Sequence record: NC_028925.1 | Strand: one strand, 5' to 3' | Source: Escherichia phage vB_EcoM_VR25 | DNA: 64,000 nt | Shown here: positions 59,910 through 64,000 of the stretch, piece after piece | Layout: each line of letters begins with the position of its first letter | How positions within the stretch are numbered: position 1 is the first letter of the stretch | Translations under genes and position numbers: made by a program | The notes under the pieces: generated by a model | What the model saw: only the letters and a program-made list of their open reading frames with translations | Database searches by the model: none | Told to the model about the DNA's origin: nothing

Positions 59910-61961
59910 CTACGAAAGGAATTTAGGAGGAATACTTTCCAAATTAATACAACTAGCAAGAATACCAAGGCCTTGGTTGACTTTCTTCGTCACCCTGGAG
60001 GATGCAAACGATGCGAAGTCAACAGATTCTTCTGGTTCCTCGCCTTTATAAACGACAAGCTCGCCAGTTTCCATCAACACATCACCATCATAGATAACTG
60101 CATTTTCATCCAGTTGGTCAGTGGTCTGAATGTCAGCTTCCAGCATTTTGACGTTCGCATTTCCTTGATACGACGCATCCGTAATTTTTGTAATCTTAAC
60201 TATAGTTCCACGAGGAAGAATAACTTCTTGCTCGGTCGGGTTTCCTGACAATTCACCAGGAACAATTACGTTAATTAAGTCCGCTCCAGAAATTTTCCAA
60301 CCGACATGCATCATTACGTGGTCGCGGCGGGCATCCGGCATATCTGGTAAAACAATTTCGTCATCAGCCTGGAAAGATGTCCCATCACGATAGTCCTGAT
60401 GAACTGCGGCCATAGCAACGTTCGCCACCCAGCCACCAAAGATAATCGGTTTAAACGACGTTGATACATAGTTCCTGAAATAAAATAATTTAGATTTCTT
60501 AATTTTATCAAATGTAGGAACGTTTAAATATTGACCACGCCAAAGAGTTGTATTAGGCGGCAACTTATGTCCAATTTCAAAGGCCGAATCCAATTCCTTA
60601 ATTGTTTCGACAACTCTGTCTAGATTTAGGAATTCAGCTTCTTCTTCATAATATTTGCCCATCAAATAATTATTAATATCGGCATAGTTTGCTCCACAAT
60701 AATCTGCAATTGCTTCTCGCTGGCCATAATGGAAACGGTTGTCAGTATACCCTGCTGTGAAATTAAGAGTATTTTCTGATGCTTCTTCGGCAAAGTCTTT
60801 AACTGCAACACGAATGGCGCTTGTGTATTCTTTTTCCCAGAGCGAGGCTGCATAAGTGGCTGCATCCAGGTTAGGAGGAGCATCATTCATTTTTCTTTCG
60901 ATAAATGCGGCTTTGCGAAGGTTAAGAATCTCTGCGCATGATTCGGCAAAAATCTGCATCTGCTTCATGCTACCAACTGGGGCACGTTTAAGTTCACGAT
61001 GCATACGGTTAAAAATTGGGTCAGTGTCTTCAACACGAATTTCTTCTTTCCAAACACCATTTGCTCGCATAGCCGTATCCGCGGCGCGCATACGAGCCAT
61101 AGTATTCGTTTCAGAAGGCCGGACGAAAATTTCCAGTTCTTCGGCATCATCAATTAATTCAGCAGTTGCAGGTCGACTAAATTTAGCAGCTTCTGCATCA
61201 ATTTCGTCCCAACCTTCTGGCACGGAATCACTTGGTGCGTACTGGGCTTGTGCAATAGCTCGGCGACTGATTTTAGTTTTCTGTGCAACAGAAGCATCAG
61301 TCTTTTTGTTTGCGGCATCAATCAGAACTTCGGCTGCAATTTCTTGTTTGGAGACTTGTGCACCGTTATCTTTATTAGTGAATACGTCGCCAACTTTTGT
61401 TGTGACTTTTTGATATTTCTCAGGGACTGGTGGCATACCATCAACCGAAAGTAAGTCAACCCCCTTTTTGTACATAATTACATAAGCGTTCTTTTTACCG
61501 AGACCAGATGCATTCGGAAGAACATGATAACGCCCGGAAGTTTTCATTTGAATCAGTCGATTCATAATACGAATAACAGCTTGCTCTTGACCTTTCATCT
61601 TTTTGGAGGGGAAACGGAACAAGACTACATCAGGTTTGCCTAGCTTAATACTTTCCCAGACTGTGGTAAAAATCAGGTTAATCGCATCAAGAGGTTTTTC
61701 ACCTAGGCCGCCTTTCAGAGGAACAGCATGACCATGTGAAGTCCCGGATAACAGGAATACCTCAGCAATTGCATCACCGCGTTTATATTGTTTAACTGTT
61801 TCTTTACCCGTGAATTGCATCAAACGAGCCATAAGAGAATTGGTCCCAGGAACACCGAATTGCCACACCTGTGGGACCTTGTATTTCGGGTTCATATTAA
61901 TGACAGGATAACCGAAGACTTCGATATATTTGTCAAAGAGTTCATTTAATTGTTCAGACAT
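59910..61961 (-). CDS. alt: Alt ADP-ribosyltransferase (packaged, modifies host RNA polymerase)
   Basis: ORF track 683 aa (T4 Alt 682); conserved position between gene 54 and gene 30. Confidence 0.82.
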   Translation of the reverse strand: MSEQLNELFDKYIEVFGYPVINMNPKYKVPQVWQFGVPGTNSLMARLMQFTGKETVKQYKRGDAIAEVFLLSGTSHGHAVPLKGGLGEKPLDAINLIFTTVWESIKLGKPDVVLFRFPSKKMKGQEQAVIRIMNRLIQMKTSGRYHVLPNASGLGKKNAYVIMYKKGVDLLSVDGMPPVPEKYQKVTTKVGDVFTNKDNGAQVSKQEIAAEVLIDAANKKTDASVAQKTKISRRAIAQAQYAPSDSVPEGWDEIDAEAAKFSRPATAELIDDAEELEIFVRPSETNTMARMRAADTAMRANGVWKEEIRVEDTDPIFNRMHRELKRAPVGSMKQMQIFAESCAEILNLRKAAFIERKMNDAPPNLDAATYAASLWEKEYTSAIRVAVKDFAEEASENTLNFTAGYTDNRFHYGQREAIADYCGANYADINNYLMGKYYEEEAEFLNLDRVVETIKELDSAFEIGHKLPPNTTLWRGQYLNVPTFDKIKKSKLFYFRNYVSTSFKPIIFGGWVANVAMAAVHQDYRDGTSFQADDEIVLPDMPDARRDHVMMHVGWKISGADLINVIVPGELSGNPTEQEVILPRGTIVKITKITDASYQGNANVKMLEADIQTTDQLDENAVIYDGDVLMETGELVVYKGEEPEESVDFASFASSRVTKKVNQGLGILASCINLESIPPKFLS

Positions 61962-62002
61962 AATAGGTTCCTTATAAAATATGATGTATTTATACTAAAA
62001 AA

Positions 62003-62018
62003 GGGCCGAAGCCCTTTT
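62003..62018. terminator. GC hairpin GGGC-CGAA-GCCC plus T-run between gene 30 and alt
   Basis: read directly. Confidence 0.4.
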
Positions 62019-62019
62019 G

Positions 62020-63552
62020 TTATTTTAACCCCGTCTGTGACCAGTCGCCAAATACTTCTTCGAAAGTATCTGCCTTATCTTTATCGAATCTGAAACCTTT
62101 GATAATCGGAAGGAACAGTTTAACGGTATTATCTTTACGAGTTTCAGAAGTCAACCAACCATTACATTCACAATCAGCAATCATTCCAACTAATTCACCT
62201 TTGCGAGCCTTAATCATAAGAGCTTCGCGGTCCATTTCATGACGCTCATCAATTGGGATAATAGTCCATTTCTTAGTCTTCGGGTCTTTGACTTGTGTTG
62301 TATCTTTGAAGCCTGACCCACAATTGGTAACAATTTTACCGCAAGAAGATTGAAGTACAACACCACCAATTTTATTTGGGTCTTTCTCGTGCTCATAGAA
62401 TCCGATAATTTCCAAAGCGATGTCAATAACTTCTTTGAACTTGTACATATTCTTAGAACGCTTGTTTTCCCAAGGAGCTGCAGTGTTTTTAAGAATAATA
62501 CCTTCGAGTTTTAAAGCAATATATTTCTTATAGATGGCTTTGGCTTCTTCGAGGTTATTAACCACGTGGTTTTCAATCAGAATCATACGGTCGTAGCCAT
62601 GAAGCACCACGTTATCTGCAATCATCTTCTCTAATACCGCGAACCGCACATCATATTTCAGAGGGTTAAGAATTTTAACATCTGAATACACTTCAATCAA
62701 CGGAACATAATCCCAGACCTGGAATTTCATGCCAGCTGCTTCAACCGCAGTGATAGTTCCTTTTAATGATTTGTTCGCTAGACCGTTTGACTTAGTACGA
62801 GATTCCGCAGATTCAATTTGAGTCTCGGCTTGCTCTGTATCGCCAAAAAGGAAGCCCAAACCGTCATTCTGGGGAGCTACTTTCTGTTCATGGTATACTA
62901 ACTCGCCATCAATTAAAACGCCCTCAGGATGTCTCTCACGCGCTTCACGGGTAGCTTCAATCAATTCCTTTTTAAGGAGGTCAAGCTTAAGGTATTCGTT
63001 ACCAGCTCGGGATAGCAATCGAACATCATCCAACTCATCGCCACGAACTTCTGCAAAACACCGAGCACCATCGGCTTTCAATTGTGCAAAGGCCGGGAAC
63101 TTAATGTTCTTGGCAATACCGGCTTCATCATAGGAAGAAGCGAGCATCTGCGGTTGTTCGGGAATTAAACCTTTCCAAACTTTATTCGCAATCGATACGG
63201 ATGCACCACATTCCAGGTCACGCATCATCACACGGCGCAGGACTTCAACATCATCTTTTTTACCATCAGCAATATAGCCAGATAATTCCTCAATTGCAGC
63301 ATTACCTGTTAATTTACGAGGTGCCAATGTAAATTCGATAAAGTCAAGCATATCATCGATATTCAACATGCCAAAGCTTTGAGTCGTTGTCCCGGGTTTT
63401 GGCCATTTCTTGATATAAAACTGAATACCTTTGGAATATGTCAAACGATATACACGTTTAAGGGTTTCATTTTCAGAATACGATTCCAGGATAGCTTGTT
63501 TCTCTTTCGTAGAATCGGTTGCAGCAATTTCATTTAAAATATCTAAAATCAT
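62020..63552 (-). CDS. 30: ATP-dependent DNA ligase (gene 30)
   Basis: ORF track 510 aa; N-terminus MILDILNEIA...KRVYRLTYS...YIKKWPKPG and adenylation motif KADGAR match T4 DNA ligase. Confidence 0.9.
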   Translation of the reverse strand: MILDILNEIAATDSTKEKQAILESYSENETLKRVYRLTYSKGIQFYIKKWPKPGTTTQSFGMLNIDDMLDFIEFTLAPRKLTGNAAIEELSGYIADGKKDDVEVLRRVMMRDLECGASVSIANKVWKGLIPEQPQMLASSYDEAGIAKNIKFPAFAQLKADGARCFAEVRGDELDDVRLLSRAGNEYLKLDLLKKELIEATREARERHPEGVLIDGELVYHEQKVAPQNDGLGFLFGDTEQAETQIESAESRTKSNGLANKSLKGTITAVEAAGMKFQVWDYVPLIEVYSDVKILNPLKYDVRFAVLEKMIADNVVLHGYDRMILIENHVVNNLEEAKAIYKKYIALKLEGIILKNTAAPWENKRSKNMYKFKEVIDIALEIIGFYEHEKDPNKIGGVVLQSSCGKIVTNCGSGFKDTTQVKDPKTKKWTIIPIDERHEMDREALMIKARKGELVGMIADCECNGWLTSETRKDNTVKLFLPIIKGFRFDKDKADTFEEVFGDWSQTGLK

Positions 63553-63562
63553 TAATCACCTC

Positions 63563-63841
63563 TTAGTCGTTGGCTCTATTATATGCCACGTCTTCCAAAA
63601 GCAAATCCAGACGCTTATGATATGAGAACACAAATTTCGTGGCACCATCTGGTTTCATTTTAGTCATGAAGTGAACATAAATGAATCCTTGCTCAACACA
63701 TTCACGCCAAACGGGATTATCTTTAGCCGGATTAATATCAAACGAGTAATCATGATTCACATGACGAATAAACTGGTTAACATGACCATAATCCATCGTG
63801 GTGGTTGGACCACGGTCAGAAATAGTATGAACGACAAACAT
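63563..63841 (-). CDS. hypothetical protein (30.1-like position)
   Basis: ORF track 63563..63883 trimmed to ATG at 63839-63841 with GGAAGGGG RBS. Confidence 0.45.
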   Translation of the reverse strand: MFVVHTISDRGPTTTMDYGHVNQFIRHVNHDYSFDINPAKDNPVWRECVEQGFIYVHFMTKMKPDGATKFVFSYHKRLDLLLEDVAYNRAND

Positions 63842-64000
63842 ATTAACCCCTTCCACAGGTCGGTTGATTATACCAGTATTCAATACCAGTACCTACGCCA
63901 TATTGGTATGGATATGCTGGATTATATCCAGGAGTCCATGGCTGACCTGGCTGCCAGCCTTGTTGCATTTGTTGCTGAAGACGTCGAGTTTCACGAAACA
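63842..64000 (-). CDS. hypothetical Pro/Gly/Tyr-rich small protein, 3' fragment (start beyond window end)
   Basis: hand-translated ...MQQGWQPGQPWTPGYNPAYPYQYGVGTGIEYWYNQPTCGRG; frame open to the right edge. Confidence 0.2.

Overview
The window reads as a contiguous segment of a T4-like (Tevenvirinae-type) myovirus genome, related to but clearly diverged from T4. All protein identifications below rest on my recall of T4 protein sequences and gene order, read against the supplied six-frame ORF track; no database search was run. Left ~9 kb (minus strand): a hyperplastic early region of small ORFans separated by repeated early-promoter/leader cassettes, a small tRNA cluster (tRNA-Arg UCU, tRNA CAU, plus unresolved tRNA-like segments), four tandem internal-protein-like genes with capsid-targeting N-termini, then 57B, 57A and gene 1. 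Next come genes 3, 2 and 4 (minus) with an HNH homing-endonuclease gene inserted between 3 and 2. From 11.7 kb to 43.6 kb (plus) runs the late structural module: 53, 5, 5.1, 5.4, 6-12, wac, 13-19, 20, 67, 68, 21, 22, 23 and two tandem gene-24 paralogs. Then rnlB, a collagen-like protein gene, two convergent Hoc-like genes, inh, uvsW/uvsW.1, uvsY, baseplate hub genes 25, 26, 51, 27, 28, 29, 48, 54, alt and DNA ligase (30). T4-type late promoters (TATAAATA), early promoters, MotA-box middle-promoter-like elements and GC hairpin terminators are visible. The most interesting signals are the four-gene capsid-targeted protein array, a three-gene family with a shared C-terminal WVSSSxEC tail, the collagen-like gene beside a second Hoc, the duplicated gene 24, and the HNH insertion with an antisense promoter-like element. 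No CRISPR array, rRNA or integrase was seen.
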